A stretch of DNA of 64,000 nt. Origin: Paraspadella gotoi (taxonomy: Eukaryota; Animalia; Chaetognatha). The stretch is from assembly GCA_051294375.1 (NCBI GenBank), contig CM119271.1:9820291-9884290 (forward strand), in the 5' to 3' direction. Below are positions 40,601 to 49,755 of this stretch, one piece after another. The notes under the pieces are model-generated. The model did no database searches and was not told where the DNA came from. It worked only from the letters and a program-made list of their open reading frames with translations. The stretch's first letter is position 1. Each line of letters begins with the position of its first letter. Position numbers and translations under genes: made by a program.

Positions 40601-42710
40601 ATTGGCTCATTTATTTGAGACCGGCTTTTCGATGTTTTGTGAACCTTTTTTGGATAAAGAATCGGCTGTCGATAAACCGTTGTTTTCTTACGGAAGTTTT
40701 TGACGAGTTTTTTTTTTTATTTTTTGTTAACAAATATTGCGACGCTCGGCTACGTTTGTGTCAACGCGAAAAGATTACAGTTTACTTTTCGGAAATTTCG
40801 TACTCAAACACTAAAGCGCGAGGATTCGTCAGTGAGACTCTCGTCAAGACCCTTTATTTTTTGGCGTGGCTTGGCGACCGGCTTCGAACCCTTTGGACCG
40901 CCAAGGGTGGAGACTGAGAGTCCTTCTGTAAAGGGGTGAGGCCGTCGAGGAAAGTGAAAGAAGGATCTGATGCTTGAACCGAAGATTCGTCTCTTGTCGT
41001 TCGCATGGTCGTCGTCCGCTCGTCGTCGTCCGTTATCGTTCGTCGATGTCGGATTCGTTTTCATTAGCGTTTTCATTGTTTGAAATCGTCGTCCTTGTAG
41101 TACGTGCGCGTCTCGACTCATCGAAATTGGCGCTGACGCACTGTCGTCTTCAACGCTCGTATTTTGTTTGGCGCTTGTCCGTCATCGTTGAGCGTTAACG
41201 TTTGGCGCCTGCTGGTCGATCCATCATGGTTGAGCAAATTGGCGTCGCTGGTATTGACGTCCGGATGGTATTATTTGCGTCGCTGGACATTGGCGTCGTC
41301 TATACTCCTTCGTCACTGTCGTCGTCGTTGTCATCGTACGTCGTTGTCGTCGTCGTCCTCGCACTTCTCCTTCTTTCCGCCGTCGTAGATTCTTGACGTC
41401 GAAGATTGAAAGGCTCTGCACCTACGGGGAGCAATTCTCCCATCCGTTCACTGTCTCTCTATTCTCTCTGTCTCTGTCTCTCTCTTCTTTTCTCTCTCTC
41501 ATCCTTCTCCTTTCTCTCTTTTGTCTCTCTCTCATTCCTCCCTCTCTCTCTTTTCTTTGTCTCCCTCTCCCGTTTCTCGCTTTTTCCTTTGTTCCTCTCC
41601 TCTGCTCATCTCATCTCTCAATCTCTCATCTATCTCTATCCTCATCTCTCCTCTCATCCTCTCTCTCTCTCTCTCATGTTCTCTTTTCGTTCTTTACTGG
41701 GATTGGGCTCTTCCGGGTTGTTACAGGCGCGTGATTTAATATTTACAAGTTCCGTTCACTCAGGTTGGCGCGGTGCCGAGATGAAGAGAGAGAGAGAGAG
41801 AGAGAGAGAGAAGGAGAGAAGAGAGAGAGAGAAGAGAAGGAGAGAGAAGAGAAGAGAGAGAGGGAGAAGAGAGAAGGAAGAGATGAAGAATTCCCACATT
41901 TAGTGTTTTTCCCTTCTTCGATAAATAGATCAAAAATCTAAATTCCTTCGCGTTCTCGATTTCAATTTTCACTAGGAGACATTGAAAATCGTCGTCTCCC
42001 CGTCGTTTAACGTTTGTTTGTCTCGGCTTCCCGTTTGGTTTTTAGTTAAAATGTTTAGGTATTGTATTGTAATAGACGTTTATTTTTTTTTTGTTTTAAA
42101 TTCATCTTTTACATGTTCAGTCCAGAAGGAATTTTTTTATTTATTTTCTATTAAGGTTTATTATACGATCTTTGTCCTCGCCTTTTCCCTGGGAAGATAA
42201 ACCTATAAAAAGAAACTTAAGCGTTTTAGATCTGAAAATTTACTTTTCAAAAAAACGTTTTATACCAGGCTCAAAATTTGAAAACCAGAGAGCTCCTAGT
42301 TTCAACGATAATATGACAAATTCTGTTATTCCGATCTTAATAGCGTCCGATAGGCGCATATCCGATAATTACGCTTTACTAAAATTTGGAAAAAAAAATC
42401 AACTTCTAGATGAAATCTGCTGCATTTCTCTCGATGATGAGTTTTTGCCCGCGTTGTTTCGTCGTTCACAGAGCTTCTTGGTTTCTCAAAAAAGGATTGC
42501 ACGTGAACGCGCAAAAAAAGTCAAATGGCGCGTTTTTTTTATCGCGCCTCGATTTTTTCAATTCCAGATCGGAAGCCCACGTGCGAAATAATCGGCGGAT
42601 TTATTGAGCGACAAACGAATCTAATGACTCAACAAATTACAAATCTCTCTCTCTTCTCTTCTCTCTAATCTCTCTCTCTCTCTCTCTATTCTCTCTCTCT
42701 CTCTCTCTCG

Positions 42711-42742
<32 letters not shown>

Positions 42743-43660
42743 CTAAGTCGCGGGAGAGTTGGTTGGTGAATCTGGAGAGACGTTGCAACGTCAAAAGAAA
42801 CAGGCGACGGTTTGGCAAGAAAGCAGCTCCGGCCTCATGGCGATCTTCCAGAATTTTGCGAGCGGTAAGCGATATGAGTTTAGTTTTATTTAAATTATAA
42901 CATTGTTAGAAATAAAATCTGGCAAGCGACAATGGTCTGCTGTCAAGGCTGGAGAGATAAGGATGTTTTTTGTTTATTAGTATTGATAGCAACGAAGGAA
43001 GAGGCGTGTTCGTAAATTAATTAATAATTAATAATAATAATTAATAATTAATAAAAAGATTTAATAAAACATTTAACAAAACCTGTTATTTTTTTTCGTT
43101 TTTCGAAGCTTGTCCAGGTCTTCTGAGTGGTGCCCTCGTTGACGTGACGGTTCAGGATGGAACCGAAGTGATGCGACAAAGGACAGACCATTGGCTTACG
43201 CCGGTCGGTGCCTCGTGTCACGAATCGCAGTGGGGGTTGCGAAAGCCTTGTCGTTCTTGTCGTCGTCGTATGTGGTTGCCTGTTTAGTTCGTTATGGATT
43301 TGTTTTTGTTGTTCTTGTTTTTGTTGTGTGCGTTCGTTAATAGTCGTTTTTTTGTTCAAGATAGATGGCGGCCATTTTGAATACGTTTTTTGCGATGCTT
43401 TACTTTCATAGTTTTTTTTAAGCATTTTTTTTATCAAAAAAACGTCTAGAAATTTTAATGTATTTAAATTTTCCATCTCTCCCCCCAAACGTCCTTCAGT
43501 GCAAAGTGGTTGTGGGGTTCGAGCGGGCCGCGTCTCCAAACGAGTTCTGGCTTCTCCGTGAACAAAGCTGGGACGAGTTCGGAAAAATTGCGGTTACGAT
43601 TGGCACCATGAGATTACATTAAATGTATGCGGAGGTCGACATAAATGGTTGCGGTTGGAA
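17958..43660 (+). CDS. ADAM12: Meltrin-type ADAM metalloprotease-disintegrin gene (ADAM12/19/33-like), multi-exon; 3' exons (EGF, TM, tail) not seen
   Basis: Spliced exons give the M12B propeptide (LRFYAFDKEFVLDLKLNSDL; CHYHGVVRG...VALSRC; YIEPL; HVVFR; FNCG), reprolysin (LYVELYLVND; IANIASALYSSLNI; NDNAQLITG; GVVGKAPKGPICTYQYSGGV; HELGHNFGMEHD; CIMA), disintegrin ([15 protein letters not shown]; DLPEFC) and Cys-rich motifs. The GKA.KGPICT.QYSGGV and GP..AN..S.YVEL motifs resemble invertebrate Meltrin as I recall it. The symbol indicates the clade, not proven one-to-one orthology. Confidence 0.9.
20372..20575 (+). CDS. ADAM exon 2 (prodomain)
   Basis: cacttcag| ... KHGVIPCHYHGVVRGAPTGSIVALSRC...GITAFIDDRSGDYFYIEPLR G|GTAAG. 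Confidence 0.9.
22556..22702 (+). CDS. ADAM exon 3 (prodomain, HVVFR plus K/S-rich tract)
   Basis: ttccag|GT TTC GAG ... AAA G|GTAAG; phase 1 at both ends, matching its neighbours. Confidence 0.85.
22730..23245. repeat. Intronic (GAAT)n/(GAAA)n/(GAAC)n compound microsatellite
   Basis: Tetranucleotide runs seen directly. Confidence 0.95.
23277..24606 (+). CDS. ADAM exon 4 (1330 bp): Cys-switch-like FNCG, long low-complexity linker, start of catalytic domain
   Basis: acccag|CG CGC GTT TTC AAC TGC GGC; one open frame to ...GPHGANRKSLYVELYLVNDKRQFDREGKSVDRVIK AG|GTGAGG. RRRKR at 23651-23665 and RRIKR at 23915-23929. Confidence 0.88.
24979..25082 (+). CDS. ADAM exon 5 (reprolysin), with small indels
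   Basis: ccacag|A TCC CAC GAC ATC GCC AAC: SHDIANIASALYSSLNIF(IVLV)GVEVWNTG(DKIL)|GTAGGG. The indels differ from those in the inverted copy at 55334-55436. Confidence 0.85.
25566..25670 (+). CDS. ADAM exon 6 (reprolysin)
   Basis: gacag|VLKDADETMNNFLKYRRQHINPVIPNDNAQLITGQ|GTGAGG, 105 bp, phase 0. Confidence 0.92.
26686..26779 (+). CDS. ADAM exon 7 (reprolysin)
   Basis: ataag|VFDKGVVGKAPKGPICTYQYSGGVNMDHSEA G|GTGAGT. Confidence 0.9.
28973..29036 (-). pseudogene. tRNA-derived remnant (tRNA-Glu-like / SINE head)
   Basis: - strand ...GTCTAATGGCTAAATCATCTCGATTCATCCGCGGCGTCCCTTGTTCAATCCCTGGG has A-box-like and GTTCAATCCC B-box-like motifs; stems are degenerate. Confidence 0.4.
29688..29760 (-). 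pseudogene. tRNA-like pseudogene / SINE head
   Basis: - strand GCGGCCA...TGGTCGT forms a 7-bp acceptor stem (with G-U pairs); TGGTG..GAGG A-box-like, GGTTCCAGCCCGG T-arm-like; the anticodon stem is broken. Confidence 0.45.
35695..35937 (+). CDS. ADAM exons 8-9 (zinc motif and Met-turn), error-rich copy (35695-35771, 35859-35937)
   Basis: Degraded match to 45416-45483 and 45566-45638: GAATTGGGTCACAATTT..GGGATGGAACACGACAAC and ATCATGGCATCTGCAAGCGGAGGAAAC. Confidence 0.75.
39271..39364 (+). CDS. ADAM exon 10, error-rich copy
   Basis: tgtcag|G TCC ...(SDCSKQYLREAMAQG)MDHCLHNRP(EKVYGE) G|GTGAGG; duplicate of 61127-61219. Confidence 0.75.
40240..40386 (+). CDS. ADAM exon 11 (disintegrin start), error-rich copy
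   Basis: Indel-laden duplicate of 62036-62162, ending GGTGCGACTTGCGG|GTGAGT. Confidence 0.7.
40780..41420 (-). CDS. Error-rich duplicate of the nested antisense Asp-rich exon (see 62521-63089)
   Basis: Same GAC/AAC-rich - strand sequence and acceptor (ccgtag|GT) as the cleaner copy. Confidence 0.45.
42748..42864 (+). CDS. ADAM exon 12 (disintegrin loop), heavily corrupted by indels
   Basis: ttctaag|T CGC GG.. reconstructs to RGECCDLETCNVKETATVCRK...CDLPEFC; GAT CTT CCA GAA TTT TGC (DLPEFC) is intact, followed by the donor GTAAGC. Confidence 0.7.
43118..43230 (+). CDS. ADAM exon 13 (end of disintegrin / start of Cys-rich domain), corrupted
   Basis: tgtccag|... reconstructs to SSECP.DVTVQDGTECDKGQ..CYAGRC..HESQ; the blocks GAC GTG ACG GTT CAG GAT GGA ACC GAA and TAC GCC GGT CGG TGC are intact. 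Confidence 0.6.
43500..43660 (+). CDS. ADAM exon 14 (Cys-rich domain), corrupted; 3' end uncertain
   Basis: ccttcag|TGC AAA ..TGG TTG TGG GGT TCG AGC reconstructs to CKWLWGSSGRVSNEFCFSVNKAG...NCGYDW...YIKC, the QC..LWG / N..G...NCG pattern of ADAM Cys-rich domains. Confidence 0.6.
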
Positions 43661-44461
43661 GGTCGACGGGACGTGTTGTCGGGGGGTTGGTTTGGGGCGG
43701 TGTGGCTCTCTTTGGTGGCGGGGGCCTTTGGTGGTGAGTCCGTGTCGTATGAGGCTGTTATGAGAGCGGAGTATTTTTTTTGATCCACAGAAGTGTTGGG
43801 GGGTTTGACTGTTGACGCGCTATGCGGTGTGTCTTCCCCGTTTGGACCAGTTGGTGTAAACCCTGGTAAAAGTAATTGTTCGTGTAGTAGGCGATGAATG
43901 AGAATACGTTTTCCCGTAAAACCTGTGGGGTATAAGCTTTGGTGGCTGCACGCTGTTTTTGAAAATCATAAGTTATTAAGTCGTCTGGTTTACGAGCTGC
44001 TCAAAAAGAGGTGGGGCATTCCTGGAGGTTGACGCGGATAGGCTACGGGCTTCGTAGTACCGAGTGTGTCACACATTGTAAATCGAGGAAACTTTTTTTG
44101 TTTTTAATTTTAATTCTAAATTGGTTCGCCTCTCGTATTCTCTCCGCCCATGCAGGAATGCTTCATTGCCAACACTCGAGTGGGAGAAAGCTCGCCTTCG
44201 TCAGGACAAACTCTCCACACGCGACGACCTCCTACAGGATCCTTACTCCGGAGAACGTTAGCCGCCTGCCGGTAGAAGACCGACCGAGAATTTATAAAAG
44301 AATTTATTAAACAATCTTTTAAAGGATGCATTAAACAATTTATTAACGAATTTATTAACAAATTCCTAACGCCACGTTTCCGGACATAATACAGTTTAAC
44401 GCTATCCCAGGTCTTTTCGCGTCTCCACCCCTCGAATCACCTCTACCTCTCCCTTCGTCCC

Positions 44462-44534
<73 letters not shown>

Positions 44535-45415
44535 CTCTCCCTTCTTCATCTGTTTTTCCAAGATTCTAGATCGAGAAGCCAAAATCATTGGCAGAATTGC
44601 AGATCACCTCCAAATCAGATCCGTTGGCGAGAGGCAGCGTAGATCCTGGTCGCGGTATTCGTCTCTCTCTCTATCTGCTTGTCTCTCCTCTCTCTGTTAC
44701 TCTTTTGTTACTCTGTTTCTCTCTCTATCTGTCTGTCTCTTCTTATTTATGTTACTCTTTGTTACTTTGTCACTCTCTCTATCTGTCTGTCTCTCCTTAT
44801 TTCTGTTACTCTTTTGTTACTTCGTCTCTCTTTCGTTATCTTACTTCCTGTCCCGTCTCTTTCTCCCTCTCTCTCTCGCTCTCATCTCTCTCCCATCTCC
44901 TCTCTCTCTCTCTCTCTCTCATCTCTCTCCTCTCTTTCTCTGCTCAAGACCTTGAGATGCCCTCGCACCTGCAATCTACTTTTTTCTTCCTTCAGAATTG
45001 TTTAAATTGAGGTACAATAGTCCATCGTCTTGTCTAAGAGAGAGAGAGAGAGAAGAGCGAGAGAGAGCGAGAAGAGAGAGAGAGAGAGAGAGAGAGAGGG
45101 GACATTAACTTGATATTAATTACGTATTGATTTTCTGTTTATAATTTTAAATAATTAAACAAGAATTTAAACAATTAAATTCTTCAAATCTAAACAAAAT
45201 AAACACTGGAAATAAACTTTAAAAATCGTAAAAAAAAGCAAAAACCTCATCTTTTGCCAAAGTTTTTATTCTTCGTAATTCCCCCCCCCAAATGTAAAAA
45301 AACTTTACGGAGGTTTTGTGTTTACGATTTTTAGTTTTTATATTTTCGTAATAAAAAATCCTTTTATTTTTATTTTTTCAATATTTTTTTAACAATATTT
45401 TCTTATTTTTCTCAG

Positions 45416-45483
45416 TCGGACCAGTGGCCACTACCGGTTGCCCAACGAATTGGGTCACAATTTCGGGATGGAACACGACAACG
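45416..45483 (+). CDS. ADAM exon 8, zinc-binding motif (best copy; two apparent 1-bp insertions)
   Basis: tctcag|TC GGA CCA GTG GCC ACT AC(C)G GTT GCC CA(A)C GAA TTG GGT CAC AAT TTC GGG ATG GAA CAC GAC AAC G|GTGAGT = VGPVATTVAHELGHNFGMEHDN once two bases are removed. Confidence 0.85.
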
Positions 45484-45565
45484 GTGAGTCGCGCTCGCCG
45501 ACCCGATGAATCATCGAAAGTGGAGAGAACTTACCCTTTCCTTTTTTTTCATTTCTCTCTCTCAG

Positions 45566-45638
45566 TCTCGTGCAAATGCGAAGGTGGCTCAAAGTGCATC
45601 ATGGCATCTGCAAGCGGAGGAAACTCACCCACCCACTG
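45566..45638 (+). CDS. ADAM exon 9, Met-turn (intact copy)
   Basis: ctcag|TC TCG TGC AAA TGC ... = VSCKCEGGSKCIMASASGGNSPTHW, TG|GTAAGT. Confidence 0.92.
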
Positions 45639-45849
45639 GTAAGTTATTTCTTCATTGAGTATTCTTACATTTCTTTTTTTTTTTTTATTCTCTTCTTTCT
45701 TTTCTTATTATTTTTACATTATCTTTTGGTTTTTTTTTCTCGATATTTTGAATTGAATTTTATTGCTTAAGGGACCGAAAGTGAAACAAGGGGGGTAAAA
45801 AGCTGAAACATAACGTTTGACCCGTGGTTAAGCTTAAGGCTGGTTCTGA

Positions 45850-46790
45850 TCATTAATTTTTTCTTCTATAATCATTTGGAAAGTGTTAAAAAATTCCGAT
45901 AAGAATCAGCAAAGCTTGAATTTCTTTAAATAAAACTCGGTAAGAAAAAATCTTTGTTCTCAGAGTGTTAAAATATTTTTTTCTTCCAAAAAAGGGTAAG
46001 AATCTAATTTTAAAAAGATTTTGCTGCTTTTTATCACAAAAAATTATAAGAAAAAAAACTAGGATGACATCAGAATTTAAGGTATCTGACTGAGTTTATA
46101 TTCTTAAAACTTTACTATTTCTCAAATGATATTCTGTGTTAATTGGAATGAAAATAAACTCTGTTGAAGTAATATATAGAGTATAAAAAGAACGAGAAAA
46201 GCATTCTGTACGTCTTTGCTAAATTTTTAATTGTTAGTAATTGGGAATGCAATATGTTTAATTATACATTTAAGGGATGAATATGAATATTAATAATTAA
46301 TGGTATTAACAGTTTTGTTTCTGTAAGAATAGAATTTAGGTTTGATTTATCTGCTTTTAAGTTAAGATATTAAAATAAAAGAATATTAGTCTTGGTAAAG
46401 CTTTGTTCAATGAGGCTCGAAACACTAAGAATTATGCTTTGTACAGTAAAATAAATGAAAAAATTGGAATTTATGTACAAAAAATGATCTTGTCTAATGC
46501 ACAAAATAAATAATGGATTATATAAATATGTGTGTAGGTAAGGGCAATAAAGTTTTATTTTTTTCATAATTATTAATTGTCTTGTTGTCCTGCTAGAGAT
46601 ATGAGGAGATCAGGAATTTTGTTTGCCAACTTTCCATGTGCACAGAAAAGATATAATGACTATCACATTTCAAAATTCCTTTGATGATAGACCCTAAGCT
46701 ATGATAATCATATTTTATGCACTGGGGATCTCCCTTAATAAAAATCGATAAATATTGTATTATACAATTGAATTTTAGTAAAAACACTTA
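45850..46790 (-). mobile_element. Possible very old AT-rich LINE 3' remnant (also ~36150-37190 and inverted ~47530-48400)
   Basis: Fragmentary - strand peptides LPTHIFI, NLNSILTETKLL and YHLRNSK in an order compatible with CR1/L2-group ORF2 C-termini; no long ORF. Confidence 0.25.
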
Positions 46791-47080
46791 ATCCCATTGT
46801 CTCTCCCTTAATGAGAGAGAGAAACTTCCATGTGAGAGAGCGTGTCACAATCTCTCACACGAGGCACCCCTTCTTCCTCTTCCTCCTCTTCCTCCTGGGA
46901 CAGCAATGAGAAAAGATGAATCACAGGGAGTGAATGAGTGACCTCCAGGGATCGAGTGACCTCCAGGGATCGTCTGACCTCCAGGGATCGATTGACCACG
47001 AGGGAAATCGTGAGTCGTGGGTCAGGATTTTGTTGGAATACCGGAGCGAGTTGGGCAGGAATTGTCGATAAGAGAGAGGC

Positions 47081-47143
47081 TTTCCCTGCGCCTTTTATTT
47101 TTTGTTTACTATAAAACGTAAATTGTTCTCTCTCTCTCTCTCT

Positions 47144-47188
<45 letters not shown>

Positions 47189-49695
47189 TCTCTCTCTCTC
47201 CTTTCCATTAACAGATAAATGCCTCTCTCTTATCGACAATTCCTGCCCAACTCGCTCCCGGTATTCCAACAAAATCCTGACCCGACTCCGATTTCCCCTC
47301 GTGGTCTCGATCCTGGAGGTCAGACGATCCCTGGAGGTCACTCGATCCCTGGAGGTCAACTCGATCCCTGGAGTCACTCATTCACTCCCTGTGATTCATC
47401 TTTTCTCATTGCTGTCCCAGGAGGAAGAGGAGGAAGAGGAAGAAGGGGGTGCTCGTGTGAGAGATTGTGAACGCTCTTCTCACATGGAAGTTCTCTCTCT
47501 CATTAAGGGAGAGACAATGGGGTTAAGTGTTTTTTACTAAAATTCAAATTGATATAATACAATATTTATCGATTTTTATTAAGGGGACCCAGTGATAAAA
47601 ATGATATCATAAGCTTAAGGGTCTATCATCAAAAGGAATTTGAATGGTGATAGTCATTAATTTTTCTTGCACGGAAAGTGGGCAAAAAAATTCCTATCTC
47701 TTATTCTAGCGAAACAAGAAATTTAATAATTATGAAAAAAATTTAGTGACCCTACCTAAAATATTTATATAATCCATTATTTATTTTTGCATTAGAAAGT
47801 ATTTTTTTACTAAATTCCAATTTTTTATTTTTTTACTGTACAAAAGCATAATTTTAGGTTTAAGCCTCATTGAACAAAGGCTTTACAAGACTAATATTTT
47901 TTATTTTTATATTTACTTAAAAGCAGATAAATCAAAACTAAATTCTATTCTTACAGAAACAAAACTGTAATAATTATTGATTAATATTCATATTCATCCC
48001 TTAAATGTATAATTAAACTATATTGATTCCAATTATAACAATTAAAATTTAGCAAAGTACAGAAGCTTTCTCTTCTTTTTATATTTATATTACTTCAAAG
48101 AGTTTTATTTTCATCCAATTAAACAGAAATCATTGAATAAGAAAGTTTTTAAATAAAATCAGTCGATACCTTAAATTTCTGATTCATCCTAGTTTTTTTT
48201 CTTATAAATTTTTGTGATAACAGCAGAAAATCTTTTAAAATTAGATCTTACCCTTTTTTGGAAAAAAAAATTTTAAACTTGGAAAAAGATTTTTTCTTAC
48301 CGATTTTTTAAAGAATTAAGCTTTGCTGATTCTTATCGAATTTTTTAACTACTTTTCCCAAATGATTATAGAAGAAAAATTAATGATCAGAACCAGCTTA
48401 AGTTAAAGGGTCAAACGTTATGTTTCAGCTTTTTACCCCCCTGTTCACTTGGTCCCCTTAGCAATAAAATTCAATTCAAAATATCGAGAAAAAACCAAAA
48501 GATAATGTAAAAATAATAAGGAAAAGAAAGAAGAGAATAAAAAAAAAAAAAAAGAAATGTAAGAATACTCAATGAAGAAATAACTCCTACCAGTGGGTGG
48601 GTGAGTTTCCTCCGCTTGCAGATGCATGATGCACTTTGAGCCACCTTCGCATTTGCACGAGACTGAGAGAGAGAAATGAAAAAAAAGGAAAGGGTAAGTT
48701 CTCTCCAACTTTCGATGATTCATCGGGTCGGCGAGCGCGACTCACCGTTGTCGTGTTCCATCCCGAAATTGTGACCCAATTCGTTGGGCAACCGGTAGTG
48801 GCACGTGGTCCGACTGAGAAAAATAAGAAATATTGTTAAAAAATATTGGAAAAAAATAAAATAAAAGGATTTTTATTACGAAAATATAAAAACTAAAAAT
48901 CGTAAACACAAAACCTCGTAAAGTTTTTTTACATTTTGGGGGGGCGGGGAATTTACGAAGAATAAAAACTTTGGCAAAGATGAGGTTTTTTGCTTTTTTT
49001 TTACGATTTAAAGTTTTATTTCCAGTGTTTATTTTGTTTAGATTTGAAGAATTTAATTGTTTAAATTCTTGTTTAATTATTTACAAAATTATAAAACAGA
49101 AAATCAATACGTAATTAATATCAAGTTAATGTCTCTCTTCTCTCTCTCTCTCTCTTCTCGCTCCTTCCTCTTCTCTCTCTCTCTCTCTTAGACAAGACGA
49201 TGGACTATGTACCTCAATTTAACAATTCTGAAGGAAGAAAAAAGTAGATTGCAGGTGCGAGGGCATCTCAAGGTCTTGAGCAAGAAGAGAGAGAGAGAGA
49301 GAGAGGAGAAAGAGAGGGATTGTTGGAAGATGATAGATTCTTTTGCGAGAGAGGAGAGAAGAGAGAAAGAGACACGGGACTAGGAGTAAGATAACGAAAG
49401 AGAGACGAAGTAACAAAAGAGTAACAGAAATAAGGAGAGACAGACAGATAGAGAGAGTGACAAAGTAACAAAGATAACATAAAATAAGAAGAGACAGACA
49501 GATAGAGCAGAAAACGAGTAACAAAAGAGTAAACAGATGAGAGGAGAGACAAGCAGATAGAGAGAGAGACGAATTACCGGACGCAGGATCTACGCTGCCT
49601 CTCGCCAACGGATCTGATTTGAGGTGACTGCATCTGCAATGCCATATTTGGCTTCTCGACTAGAATCTTGGAAAAAACAGATGAAGAAGGGAGAG

Positions 49696-49755
<60 letters not shown>

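Larger units (their letters stand above)
44289..47078 (+). repeat. Another direct copy of the intron 7 - exon 8/9 - intron 9 segment (corresponds to ~34330-37515)
   Basis: Colinear match including TCAGATCCGTTGGCGAGAGG, both exons and GAGTGACCTCCAGGGATC 18-bp repeats. Confidence 0.9.

Noticed and set aside
43660-44288. Compositionally odd segment suggesting foreign DNA
   Set aside because: It follows progressively degrading ADAM exons and ends at a duplication junction; most consistent with a low-quality read end.
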